64,000 bases of DNA from a virus (taxonomy: Duplodnaviria; Heunggongvirae; Uroviricota; Caudoviricetes): IMG/VR virus record IMGVR_UViG_3300005323_000037, positions 51,988-115,987 of that record; one strand, 5' to 3'. Below, in pieces: positions 1-8,934 of the stretch; the first letter of the stretch is position 1, and each line of letters starts with the position of its first letter. The position numbers and the translations under genes were made by a program. Under the pieces are notes generated by a model that did not search any database, had not been told where the DNA came from, and saw only the letters and a program-made list of their open reading frames with translations.

Positions 1-2709
1 TATTGAACTTGTGGGCGCGCCTGCTGTACCGCCAAAAGACGCTCCTCCACCTCCTCCGCCCACATCAAGTCTGCCACGCGCGTGTAACTTATCAGATATT
101 TCACTAATCTCTCTCAGTGGTGGAATCATATCTACCAAAGAATCCGCGGCAATAATAAGCGTATCGCTAAATTGCACTCCAGCCGCATTAGCCGCGCCAA
201 ATCCTCCTGGTAATACAGAGCCTAATCCAGTGAGCCCTTCAGATTGAATACGTGTTGTTACTGGCTCAATAGTAGCCTTGATTATCGCGGGAGGTACGCC
301 AGTAGCAGTACCCGCTTCAGTAATAGCGGCTGTAGCTATCTGTTCCGGGGCTGCTTTTAGACCGCCATTTTTGAGCGCCATAGCGTTAGAGATTCCAGTA
401 ACCGTACCGACTGACATAGCCTCAGCTACCGTTTTCCCTTGCGCAAGTGAATTCAAGAACCCCAATGCTGAACCGCCAGCAATCTCAAATATATTCAATC
501 CGGTTTGCTTAAGAGCAGCAAGCAAGCCAACTAGATGTAAGAATTCGGCTAGCTTTGCTATGGCGGGAGCAACTGCTGCCACTATAACATCCACTACTTG
601 AGCTATGGCTGGACCAATTTTATCAATAGCAGACGTAATCTTATCAATGGTTTCAGCTAGGTCTGGCGCTATCTGATAAACAACGTCGCGAATATTAAGC
701 CAGTTATCCTGCCAAGCAGTCTTCAGTAAAGCAACTGCTCCGATCAATAATGCAATGGCTGTAATTGGCGCGCCGACAAATGACGCGATACCTTTTATTA
801 CTTTACCAACTAGGGCAAACGCACCAAACTTACCCAAGATAAGCGTGGTCATCAATCTTACTAAATGCCCTAGTCCAGTTGCTATAATATTGAGCGACAC
901 ACCAGCTATCAGTAATGTCGGCCCCAAGATTGCTAAAGCCATACCGAGCTTGATGATGCCTGTTTGCGCATCCTTGGTAAGCATTCTAAATTTATCAATC
1001 AACGGAATAACAGCAGTATTCAGAAAGTCAATTACTATCGGTAGCACAATATTGCCAACCACTATACCAATAGCAATAAAGTTGTTTTTGATTGTTTGCA
1101 GCTTACTCTCAAATGATGTCGTCTGTACATCGAATACTTTTTGTAGCGCAGTCTTATCACCTAGCAGGGCAACGTTCTCATTGAATGCTTTCATATCATC
1201 CATGAGTAGGGCATACGCACCACGTAGCTGCCGAATGTCGGGGAAGATTTGCGCGACCAATCCTGGATCAATGCCCTTCTGCGCTGATATATCAGCGATC
1301 AATTGCTCGTATGTCTTCAGGCTAAATATAGTATCAACAATTTCAGTACGTTCATCCTTGAGTGCGGCTAGCTTGGTCTTTAGTGTAGCAGTACCTTCCT
1401 TGTTGGCCTGAGCCTCTCTGATCCTGTTCTGAGTTTGCGTAATCTGATCATCAATATCGCGAATTCTGCCAGTACGGTCCTCGGCAGTAATAGCATTGTA
1501 CAGACCTAGCTTCTCATTGATGTCAGCCATTGCGCCAACAAAACCTTTAGTCTTGATCGTATTAGCAGACATGTCAAGACCGATCTTCTCCGCAGCTTCA
1601 ACTACCTTTGGTGCGGGGCGCAAGAAGCCAACTAGCATGCGGTTCATAGCAGTGCCAGCCTCATCGGCTGACATGCCCATCTGCGACATAGTTGCAATAC
1701 CTGCTGCCACTTCTTCAAATGGAGCTTTCACCATGCCGGCAGTAGTCAACCACTTGCCCATTGAGCCAATCAAGCTATCAAACGTGAAAACACCGACATC
1801 GACCGCGCGTACCATAGTATTGGCAAAATCAGCGGCTAGATTAGCATCCTTACCATAAGCATTGACTACTTGTGATAGACCACGGGCAGTAGTTTGCTGA
1901 TCGGCTAAGCCAGCGGTAGCCGCCTTAGTGGAAGCTTCCAGCACCTTTTGCGCGCTAGCGGTATCTCGAATACCAGCAGATTGAATCTCCCAAAATGAGC
2001 TCATTAGATCAGCGGGCGAGGCAACTGACTTCTTAGGATCGAGCGACATAGCTATAATGTTGTCAGATATCTTCTTAGTCTGCGCTTCAGTTAGACGGCC
2101 AGTGGCTTGCACGTTGCGCATTGCCTTGTCGTACTCAATAGTTACTTTACTAGCTGCTGAGCCGAGTCCAATTATGCCAGTAGTAAGAGTAGCAGTCATA
2201 ACTAGGCCGGTAGTTTGTAGCGTACCAGCAAATTTAGCTAATGAGCCTAGACCAGCCTGAAGTCGCTGTGACAGCATACCTATGGCAGCAGCAGAAGTTT
2301 GTGTCTTGACAGCAAAGTCAGCCATGGCGGCGGAGGCATTAGCAATTCCTTGCACATCGCGCGGTGAATAGCCAACCATCTTCCAAGGCAGGGATGTACC
2401 AGCGGGGACTATAACCTTGCTATACCAACCACGTTTCTTGATAATATCTTCTTTAGCAATGAAGGTATTAGTAACCTTATCATACTCAATCGCGGCTTGA
2501 CGCATGGCCTTGATATTGCTATCCCAGGTCTGCACCCACTTGCGCGGCGTGACCGCCATGTTCATCGAAGTACTGAGCCGCTTACCTTGCGTCTCGATCC
2601 GATTAACCATATTGGTGTAGGAGTTGCTTATTTGCTGAAACGTTTTACTAGAGTAATCGAACGCTCTAGTAGTCATCAGTATGCTGCCATTATTTATCAA
2701 TGGACTCAT
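1..2709 (-). CDS. Tail tape measure protein (N-terminal ~900 aa; C-terminus continues past window start)
   Basis: Minus-strand ORF opens at ATG 2707-2709, with an in-frame TAG three codons upstream and RBS-like GGCAGG, and stays open to base 1. Translation is Ala/Gly/Ile/Thr-rich, helical with hydrophobic blocks, typical of TMPs. Absent from the track because there is no stop in the window. Plus-strand ORFs 11-1858 are low-complexity antisense artefacts. Confidence 0.8.
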   Translation of the reverse strand, partial: MSPLINNGSILMTTRAFDYSSKTFQQISNSYTNMVNRIETQGKRLSTSMNMAVTPRKWVQTWDSNIKAMRQAAIEYDKVTNTFIAKEDIIKKRGWYSKVIVPAGTSLPWKMVGYSPRDVQGIANASAAMADFAVKTQTSAAAIGMLSQRLQAGLGSLAKFAGTLQTTGLVMTATLTTGIIGLGSAASKVTIEYDKAMRNVQATGRLTEAQTKKISDNIIAMSLDPKKSVASPADLMSSFWEIQSAGIRDTASAQKVLEASTKAATAGLADQQTTARGLSQVVNAYGKDANLAADFANTMVRAVDVGVFTFDSLIGSMGKWLTTAGMVKAPFEEVAAGIATMSQMGMSADEAGTAMNRMLVGFLRPAPKVVEAAEKIGLDMSANTIKTKGFVGAMADINEKLGLYNAITAEDRTGRIRDIDDQITQTQNRIREAQANKEGTATLKTKLAALKDERTEIVDTIFSLKTYEQLIADISAQKGIDPGLVAQIFPDIRQLRGAYALLMDDMKAFNENVALLGDKTALQKVFDVQTTSFESKLQTIKNNFIAIGIVVGNIVLPIVIDFLNTAVIPLIDKFRMLTKDAQTGIIKLGMALAILGPTLLIAGVSLNIIATGLGHLVRLMTTLILGKFGAFALVGKVIKGIASFVGAPITAIALLIGAVALLKTAWQDNWLNIRDVVYQIAPDLAETIDKITSAIDKIGPAIAQVVDVIVAAVAPAIAKLAEFLHLVGLLAALKQTGLNIFEIAGGSALGFLNSLAQGKTVAEAMSVGTVTGISNAMALKNGGLKAAPEQIATAAITEAGTATGVPPAIIKATIEPVTTRIQSEGLTGLGSVLPGGFGAANAAGVQFSDTLIIAADSLVDMIPPLREISEISDKLHARGRLDVGGGGGGASFGGTAGAPTSSI

Positions 2710-2839
2710 GTTGCCTGCCTATCTAGAAGAAATCCGCGCCTATTACTAAGCGCGGACCCCTTGTCTGCTACATGTACGTGATAAGTGCGTTATCTCCGTA
2801 CCTGATATATACTTGTACTGGTAATGTCAATATCAACAA

Positions 2840-3028
2840 TCAATCATCTGATCTTGAGCCACTATTGTACTGACTCTTCTCGTACCGCTCATTTTCATAT
2901 AGTTGATAGATATTCCATGATATGAGCAAATCCCCTGCATCGCAATCATCAACTACATTCAGCGGTATATTGAACTCCTTACTAATTAGTACTCGCAACA
3001 ACTCTACTGGCATCGGAGCGCCCGTCAA
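2840..3028 (-). CDS. Tail assembly chaperone, T segment (probably made as a G-T fusion by -1 frameshift)
   Basis: Lies in the -1 frame relative to the upstream chaperone ORF and overlaps its end. Positioned between the major tail and TMP genes. TTG start. Confidence 0.4.
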   Translation of the reverse strand: MTGAPMPVELLRVLISKEFNIPLNVVDDCDAGDLLISWNIYQLYENERYEKSQYNSGSRSDD

Positions 3029-3051
3029 GACATGCTCGACGATTGCTCCCT

Positions 3052-3363
3052 CTAGGCGTTTGGGAGCTTGGCAATCCGATCCATGATTGAGCTAATAACA
3101 GTTGATGTCAGATCGAGCGGTAGCATGCTAGTCGCGCCTTCTTCTTTAGGCTGCGGAAGAGGATTGCCTTCCTCGTCTACAAAGTTCCATTCCACAACCA
3201 TAGTAGACAATGCTTCCGCCATACGATCAAAGTTACCGCTTGCCGCGTCAGCAAACATCCCTAATGTCGGATTGGTACGCGCGGTGAAATTCCAGCCTTC
3301 CCAATCGCCTTCTAGTTCAATCTTTGCCGTCTTGATCGGCATCTTCCTTTTAGTACTTGTCAT
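3052..3363 (-). CDS. Tail assembly chaperone (gpG-like)
   Basis: 103-aa acidic protein immediately upstream of the TMP in conserved order. Slippery-type heptamer CCCAAAC (rc of 3058-3064) lies one codon before its stop. Confidence 0.45.
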   Translation of the reverse strand: MTSTKRKMPIKTAKIELEGDWEGWNFTARTNPTLGMFADAASGNFDRMAEALSTMVVEWNFVDEEGNPLPQPKEEGATSMLPLDLTSTVISSIMDRIAKLPNA

Positions 3364-3390
3364 TAGATTGTCAATCTCCTCAGTATAATA

Positions 3391-3813
3391 TTATCCGAAT
3401 GTGGTCCGTGTTAGTGAGCCAGACCTGCCCACCATGGTCATTGAGATTTTAGCTGCATCCATCAACGTAAACGACATTTCATAGCTGCTCAATATCGTAC
3501 ACGCAGTATACATAACGCAGCCACTGCCTGAACCAGAAGGCCCAAGCGCAAAGCGCGTGCTGCCACCAAGAATGCCATACATTACTATATCAGTTTCATT
3601 CGCTCCGGTATCCATAAAGCCCGACATAGTAAGCTCGACATCCTTGATCGAATCAGCAACGCGCTGCTTGACTACATCACCGAAACCTGTAACCTCTGGC
3701 ACTTCGGCAGTGTAGCGCAATGTGATTTCGTTTGTTTTGCCGGAGATAGCGCGACAAGTGCCTGCACTATCATCGACACCTAACGATGCGTTCCTTGCTA
3801 CTAATTTAGCCAT
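3391..3813 (-). CDS. Major tail (tube) protein, short paralogue
   Basis: N-terminal 85 aa clearly paralogous to ORF 4132-4857 (MAKLVARN.../MAKIVARN..., shared LRxTAExPExT and SIKDVELT motifs). Position upstream of the chaperones. Confidence 0.55.
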   Translation of the reverse strand: MAKLVARNASLGVDDSAGTCRAISGKTNEITLRYTAEVPEVTGFGDVVKQRVADSIKDVELTMSGFMDTGANETDIVMYGILGGSTRFALGPSGSGSGCVMYTACTILSSYEMSFTLMDAAKISMTMVGRSGSLTRTTFG

Positions 3814-4131
3814 ATCTTATTACCTCAACCCTTTCTGGATGCCCACTGCCCGCCAGAACTATGGGCTACATACACTCGATCAACTACCTACTTGAGAAAA
3901 CTTATGGGTTAGAATAATTGCTATCTATAACGGATAAGTTTTCTGCTTACAAATAATAGCTGCTACATTTGCAATTTTCCATATAGCAGTATTTATTTGT
4001 CGATGTACTTGTCGCTAAACTCTACAAATAACCCTACTACATTTACTTTTTTCGATGTAATAGTATTTATTTGTAGTCGGGAAAACTATCCGTTATAGAG
4101 GCTTTATTTCTATACGGATAAGTTTCCTAAA
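3814..4131. repeat. Structured intergenic element: two ~60-bp tandem palindromic units flanked by inverted ACGGATAAGTTTYC half-sites
   Basis: Units at about 3951-4076 each contain CAAATAA...TTATTTG hairpins. Half-sites at 3926-3943 (forward), 4079-4097 (reverse) and 4111-4127 (forward). Confidence 0.5.
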
Positions 4132-4857
4132 TTAGCTCGCTGCTACCATAAATGTCGCGCATGGGCTGGTGCCAGCAAGCTGAATTGATACCCTGCGATA
4201 ACGCGATGCGCCAGTGATTGCACTCCATGATGCACTTGAGATTCCTACCGCGGCCACACTAGCCTTGTCTGTAATTACAAGCGCGGTGGTCCAAGTTGAA
4301 TCATCAGAACTGTTTTGAATACTAGCACTGAATTCTGGCGTCGTCCCAGTAAGCGTGTATAACCTAATGAATCCATACATCGAGCCAGCAGGACTAGCGC
4401 CATAATCAACTGATGCTAATGGGCTAGTGCCAGCACCGTTCATGGTTGTATATCCAAGCGAGCGCGTGTAATACAGATTACCAGTGCCAGCATATGTAGT
4501 GCTAAATGCCGCGGCTTCCGCTAACGGATAGCGCATTTCATAATTGGACAAGATGCCAACAAATTCCTTACCAACCTTAGATGCGCCATACCCTTCAGGA
4601 TATTGACCAACTATTCCCGATGCGCCAAGCATAGAATTGTACAGTTCATCGACTTGAGATGCCGCCACATCCTGAAAGCCATCAACTGTTAATTCCACAT
4701 CCTTGACACTATCAGCTAGCCTGCACTTGATCGAGTCTGTAAATGCGGTTGCCTCTGGCGCTTCAGCAGTTAGTCGCAAGGTAGTACTATTTGAACGCGT
4801 CGATAAATCTCTGCCACCTAGTGAGATACGCACATTACGTGCTACGATTTTCGCCAT
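4132..4857 (-). CDS. Major tail (tube) protein, long paralogue with ~100-aa Gly/Ser/Tyr/Thr-rich C-terminal extension
   Basis: Paralogue of 3391-3813. The extension resembles decorated or Ig-like long-form tail tube proteins. Confidence 0.55.
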   Translation of the reverse strand: MAKIVARNVRISLGGRDLSTRSNSTTLRLTAEAPEATAFTDSIKCRLADSVKDVELTVDGFQDVAASQVDELYNSMLGASGIVGQYPEGYGASKVGKEFVGILSNYEMRYPLAEAAAFSTTYAGTGNLYYTRSLGYTTMNGAGTSPLASVDYGASPAGSMYGFIRLYTLTGTTPEFSASIQNSSDDSTWTTALVITDKASVAAVGISSASWSAITGASRYRRVSIQLAGTSPCATFMVAAS

Positions 4858-5017
4858 TACTTACCTCCACATCAGACAACGCAATGAGACCAATGCTAAG
4901 AGCGGATTGAATGTGCTTCTTCGGCCAATCTACTAGCTCATCTAATGTGCCAGCATTGTAGATTGTATGTGTCCCATCTTTATTGTCGTGCCACACTGTT
5001 TGTACAAACTTGTACAT
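4835..5017 (-). CDS. Hypothetical small protein
   Basis: 60-aa ORF co-oriented and packed with its neighbours. Confidence 0.25.
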   Translation of the reverse strand: MYKFVQTVWHDNKDGTHTIYNAGTLDELVDWPKKHIQSALSIGLIALSDVEVSNGENRST

Positions 5018-5165
5018 ACTTTTCTCCTGCTAATTATTATACCATACTTAGACTAAAATGTCAATAGACGTTGCAATGACATTACATAATAAAACGCGTA
5101 TATTAGCACTCTCGTGTCCTATACGCGTTTGCTGAACTGATATTTCAGATGATTAATCTGATAGA

Positions 5166-5600
5166 TTAGATAACGTTCTCTACTTCAAGCGTATACATAA
5201 TTGGTATCCAAGTTGCTCCACCTGGGAATGTGATACCGGTTTGCGGATTGTGTTCAGCTTCCAATCTGATTACTTGATCGACAGTATTATTGATAGTTGG
5301 ATTAGCTTTGATTGCCGCGATTACCTTATCATTGATAGACCAGATAGTATTGAGCACAGTTTCTGGCACACCGGTATCTCGAACATATGTTTCAAGTCTA
5401 AAACGCCAATCATCAGATGGTTCGCCATCGCCAAATACAGTAAATGCGCCACTGTAGCCAGTGAATGAGACTTTCATTGCAACGTCATTGGAGGATTCCA
5501 TAATGGCATAGGAATTCTTCGATACATAGCTGCCGAATAATGTAGACGCGCTGAAGATGCTGACTAACTGATCTGCAATTGCCGAGCCGCTACTAGCCAT
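5166..5600 (-). CDS. Putative tail terminator / tail completion (neck) protein
   Basis: 144 aa, positioned immediately upstream of the major tail gene as in sipho-type modules. No diagnostic motif. Confidence 0.3.
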   Translation of the reverse strand: MASSGSAIADQLVSIFSASTLFGSYVSKNSYAIMESSNDVAMKVSFTGYSGAFTVFGDGEPSDDWRFRLETYVRDTGVPETVLNTIWSINDKVIAAIKANPTINNTVDQVIRLEAEHNPQTGITFPGGATWIPIMYTLEVENVI

Positions 5601-5605
5601 TATCG

Positions 5606-6214
5606 TTATCCTTTACTTATACTTACAAAGCGCCCGCCAGCGCCGCGCCATTTAGAACCACGCCCAGATGGAGCATATGTAAACTGTCCAGCTTTAGAAT
5701 AGAAGGCTGGATTCTCAAATGCGGCAACGTACTGTGCAGCCAATTGTCCTGCTGTACGCTCGGCTGCTACATATGCCTCATCTATAAATGGATTAGCTGC
5801 CGATCCTGGATGGCGCGCAGTGTATGGTTCGCCAACCCATTTGACAGGATGCTCTAGCCCAGGCCAGGATAATGCTCTAGCTGAGCCTTTACCAGTGATG
5901 GAACCTGGAAAGATCATATAGCCAGGCTTAGTCTGCCTAGTTACATAATCTAATTTCTCTGGCTGCGATGTCCATACTGAATATGTGCCCACTCCAGATT
6001 CAATGCTGAATGAATCCTTCAGATGCGAGTTACCATAACGCTTATCGCGCGCTTCGCCAACTGGACTATGAGTTACCGCATAATTGTAGAAACTCCTAGC
6101 TACCTCTAATGCTATAGCATTGAGTATTTTACCGCCAGTAGTGGGCAACGCTTTCATGATTGGATCAAACTTAGCCCTTAGATCGCTGATATCAGTTTCA
6201 AATGTTGGTCCCAT
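5606..6214 (-). CDS. Putative head-tail joining (neck) protein
   Basis: 202 aa, Gly/Pro/Ala-rich, positioned in the neck module. Confidence 0.3.
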   Translation of the reverse strand: MGPTFETDISDLRAKFDPIMKALPTTGGKILNAIALEVARSFYNYAVTHSPVGEARDKRYGNSHLKDSFSIESGVGTYSVWTSQPEKLDYVTRQTKPGYMIFPGSITGKGSARALSWPGLEHPVKWVGEPYTARHPGSAANPFIDEAYVAAERTAGQLAAQYVAAFENPAFYSKAGQFTYAPSGRGSKWRGAGGRFVSISKG

Positions 6215-7452
6215 TATCCCGCCTTTGGCAGCAATGACAATATCCAGTCGGATATCTTACGTGTAGCTGTGCCGCCATTTTGCACAAGATACTTATTGAT
6301 TAGACTATTGTAGCTTGGCGGCGGCTGTCTAAGAGATGTTCTGATGGCGGCCTCAAGTTCATCTGGATTAGCACCTAGTGCAATTACTTCGGGCACAAGT
6401 GGCGGATCGCCAATTTCGATCAAGCGCGCTGTACGTACACAAGCTGCTTCAAGCAACACATTACTATTGCCATAGCTGATCGCTACATCCGCACAGCTAA
6501 GCATGACATCTAAATGCCCTGGGCAGAATAGTATTGGCATACCAGTTGCCTTGGCTTGCTCGATGCGCTGCTTGATGAGTCCCTCATTGCGATCATTCGG
6601 ATGCGCTGAGAATATAAACTGGCATTCAGGTAGACGCTTAGTAGTCTCTAGAAATGCAGCAAACGCTTCTTCTAATCCATTATGACAGCCAAGGATATTG
6701 GTATCTTGTGACCAGCTTGGGAAATAAACCACAATTGGCTTACGCGTATCAAGGCTGAGCAGTTTGCATGAGCGCTCGCGATCTGGATGCACATTAGCTA
6801 AGCGATCATATTGTGGTAAGCCAGTAATGCGAATCTGTGCACCTAGCTTGAGCAGATCATAGCGCTCCTTATACCAGTTAGCTTGAAATGGCCCACCCGC
6901 AGCCACATGTGTCGCCATAGCAAAGTCGTGTATATCCGACATAACTGGACCACGGCCAGTATTAGGCAAATAGATTGCATGCGGAATATGTAGAACAGGA
7001 ATGCTATGTGCCCTACCCCACTGACAGATTGGCTTCATCACTGTATCGACATCATTGTGAACAATGATAAGCTCGGGCTTGATCTTATTCAAGGATACGA
7101 TAATTGCCGCGATGTTGGGCACGGAATTGTACATAAACATGTCCAGATTATCATTTAGCCATCTTGCTACTGCGATAGTTGCTCCCGAGTTTTTGGCCAC
7201 ATTATAGATATCATTACGCTGGCTAGCCTTGCTTATATTAGATACAATTGCAGCAGCCATGCGTGTGGCATCATTGCGAGCCGGTGCATCAATCAGGCTA
7301 GCAATGCACTCTGATTTCAAGTCTACATTCTTGATTACTTCACAGAAGTCCTGCGTTAGCGTCCAGAATACTACATCATTATGTAAAGCATCATTGACAA
7401 TCCGCATGATGGGCAAGAATCTCTGGTCAGGCGAGACGAAGATATTATGCAT
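6214..7452 (-). CDS. GT-B glycosyltransferase of the TagF/KpsS-like family (CDP-alditol phosphotransferase or capsule-type)
   Basis: Motifs VVYFPSWSQD (compare YAPTWR) and FIFSAHPND (compare K-x-HP) in a C-terminal Rossmann half. Start moved to MHNIF at 7452 with a GGAGA RBS. The track's 5' extension to 7530 is low-complexity. Confidence 0.5.
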   Translation of the reverse strand: MHNIFVSPDQRFLPIMRIVNDALHNDVVFWTLTQDFCEVIKNVDLKSECIASLIDAPARNDATRMAAAIVSNISKASQRNDIYNVAKNSGATIAVARWLNDNLDMFMYNSVPNIAAIIVSLNKIKPELIIVHNDVDTVMKPICQWGRAHSIPVLHIPHAIYLPNTGRGPVMSDIHDFAMATHVAAGGPFQANWYKERYDLLKLGAQIRITGLPQYDRLANVHPDRERSCKLLSLDTRKPIVVYFPSWSQDTNILGCHNGLEEAFAAFLETTKRLPECQFIFSAHPNDRNEGLIKQRIEQAKATGMPILFCPGHLDVMLSCADVAISYGNSNVLLEAACVRTARLIEIGDPPLVPEVIALGANPDELEAAIRTSLRQPPPSYNSLINKYLVQNGGTATRKISDWILSLLPKAG

Positions 7453-7657
7453 TGTTTGATTCTCCAGCCAAGCGCTCATTGAGGAAGGCATGATTGATAT
7501 GCTGAATGATATCGTAAGCCGCACACTCAATCAGATTGACGCCATCAATGATGGTAGCTTCACCGAATAAGCGCGGTAGCTTGTCCATGATTAGCATTAA
7601 GTGTATCTGATTAGTATCAGAGAATTCTTGCAGCATATTATCTTCACTCATGCTCAT
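7445..7657 (-). CDS. Hypothetical 70-aa protein between the two glycosyltransferase genes
   Basis: Short ORF with ATG start overlapping neighbours by a few nt. No motif. Confidence 0.25.
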   Translation of the reverse strand: MSMSEDNMLQEFSDTNQIHLMLIMDKLPRLFGEATIIDGVNLIECAAYDIIQHINHAFLNERLAGESNNA

Positions 7658-8858
7658 TCACCTCGACTGGCTTATCCGATTCAATCATCTCTGTAGACTT
7701 GCTCGCTTCAACAGTAGGCTTAGCATCCCAATTGATAAAGTACAGTCCAGGCAGCACGCCATGATCGGCACGAAAGTCATTGATGATCTGACTGTATACT
7801 GACTTTACATAATCTAACTGATTATCAATGAATAAGCTTTGAAAGTATGGTATACCACGCGTTGCTAGCTCATTCTCACTGACCAGATTATCCAAAGTGT
7901 CCATAATGGCTTTAGCCCAATTGTCGGTACCGTCACGGACTAGCTTGCCGAATTTAGAGAACTCTTCATACGGCTCACCGTAGGAGCCAATCCAAGGAAT
8001 ACCAGCCAGTCCATACTCCAACCCCTTGATCCATGACCTGCGCTGATCGTATGGGCCATAGAGAGGCGCTACACCAATATCAAACATGCTAACTACTTTA
8101 GGCCACTCGTTAGGCGATACACCGGGCTGCATGCGCTTCTGGTCAATTGGTACAGGTAGCTGCTCAAATATCCTTGGATCATTACCACAGATTACCCAGA
8201 TTACCTCTGGATGATTGCGACTGATAATTGTAGCAGCGTCACGTAGTCCTGATCCCCACCAGGAATCATAATGACTGACAGAGCCACCCCAGCCGATTAG
8301 AATGCGATCACTCAAGCCTAGCTCAGCCTTACGAGCAGTCCTGTCCGACATTTCTTGCCACCACTCGCGCCTAGCATAATTTGGCACATAGTACCCGTTT
8401 GTGATATACTTCCAATCAGCTAACAGTAACCGATTGGGAGAAATCAACCCATCGCTGACTGACAGTCCACGGCACAGCATCTGCAATGGCGGTGTAGGCA
8501 GCTTAGCCGAATTGCGATGCCAGAAGTTATGCGCTGGATTAGATGAGGGCAGCATCTGATAGGCGTCATCTAGGTCTACTACAGTTGGCTTACCTCTGCC
8601 TTGCCAATAGCGCACACCATCAACCATTTGATCGCTGAGCAGATTGCGCTGAAAGATTACTATATCGGCATCACTGATCCATTTCTGTACATCGGGCGAC
8701 ATGTAGTGCTCGAAACCGGATACATGAATGAGCTTAGCGTGCCAGTCAGCTTTCTTTTCAGCAGCAGCTTTATTCATCGCGTCGGCAAAGGCTAAGCAGC
8801 GCCATTCGGATGTATTCCATTCTAGTGCGCTATCAGCGTATACATAGACTACGTTCAA
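7644..8858 (-). CDS. GT-B glycosyltransferase (GT4/GT1-like)
   Basis: C-terminal DIGVAPLYGPYDQRRSWIKGLEYGLAGIPWIGS resembles the E-x7-E donor-binding motif region of GT4 enzymes. 404 aa. Confidence 0.45.
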   Translation of the reverse strand: MNVVYVYADSALEWNTSEWRCLAFADAMNKAAAEKKADWHAKLIHVSGFEHYMSPDVQKWISDADIVIFQRNLLSDQMVDGVRYWQGRGKPTVVDLDDAYQMLPSSNPAHNFWHRNSAKLPTPPLQMLCRGLSVSDGLISPNRLLLADWKYITNGYYVPNYARREWWQEMSDRTARKAELGLSDRILIGWGGSVSHYDSWWGSGLRDAATIISRNHPEVIWVICGNDPRIFEQLPVPIDQKRMQPGVSPNEWPKVVSMFDIGVAPLYGPYDQRRSWIKGLEYGLAGIPWIGSYGEPYEEFSKFGKLVRDGTDNWAKAIMDTLDNLVSENELATRGIPYFQSLFIDNQLDYVKSVYSQIINDFRADHGVLPGLYFINWDAKPTVEASKSTEMIESDKPVEVNEHE

Positions 8859-8934
8859 TATTGTTTCTCCTTATGATGATTATGTAATGCACCTGTATAA
8901 TTATATCACAAAGCAACACTAATTGCAATAGCTA

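Noticed and set aside
11-2781. Plus-strand ORFs 11-247, 278-601, 755-1411, 1496-1858, 2057-2260 and 2497-2781 from the six-frame track
   Set aside because: They are Ala/Ser/Pro/Ile-rich low-complexity translations, antisense to a single uninterrupted minus-strand tape-measure ORF with good coding texture.
3068-3388. 106-aa plus-strand ORF
   Set aside because: Antisense to the tail assembly chaperone gene.
6503-7459. Small plus-strand ORFs inside the TagF-like gene
   Set aside because: Antisense, no RBS, interrupt a well-supported GT ORF.
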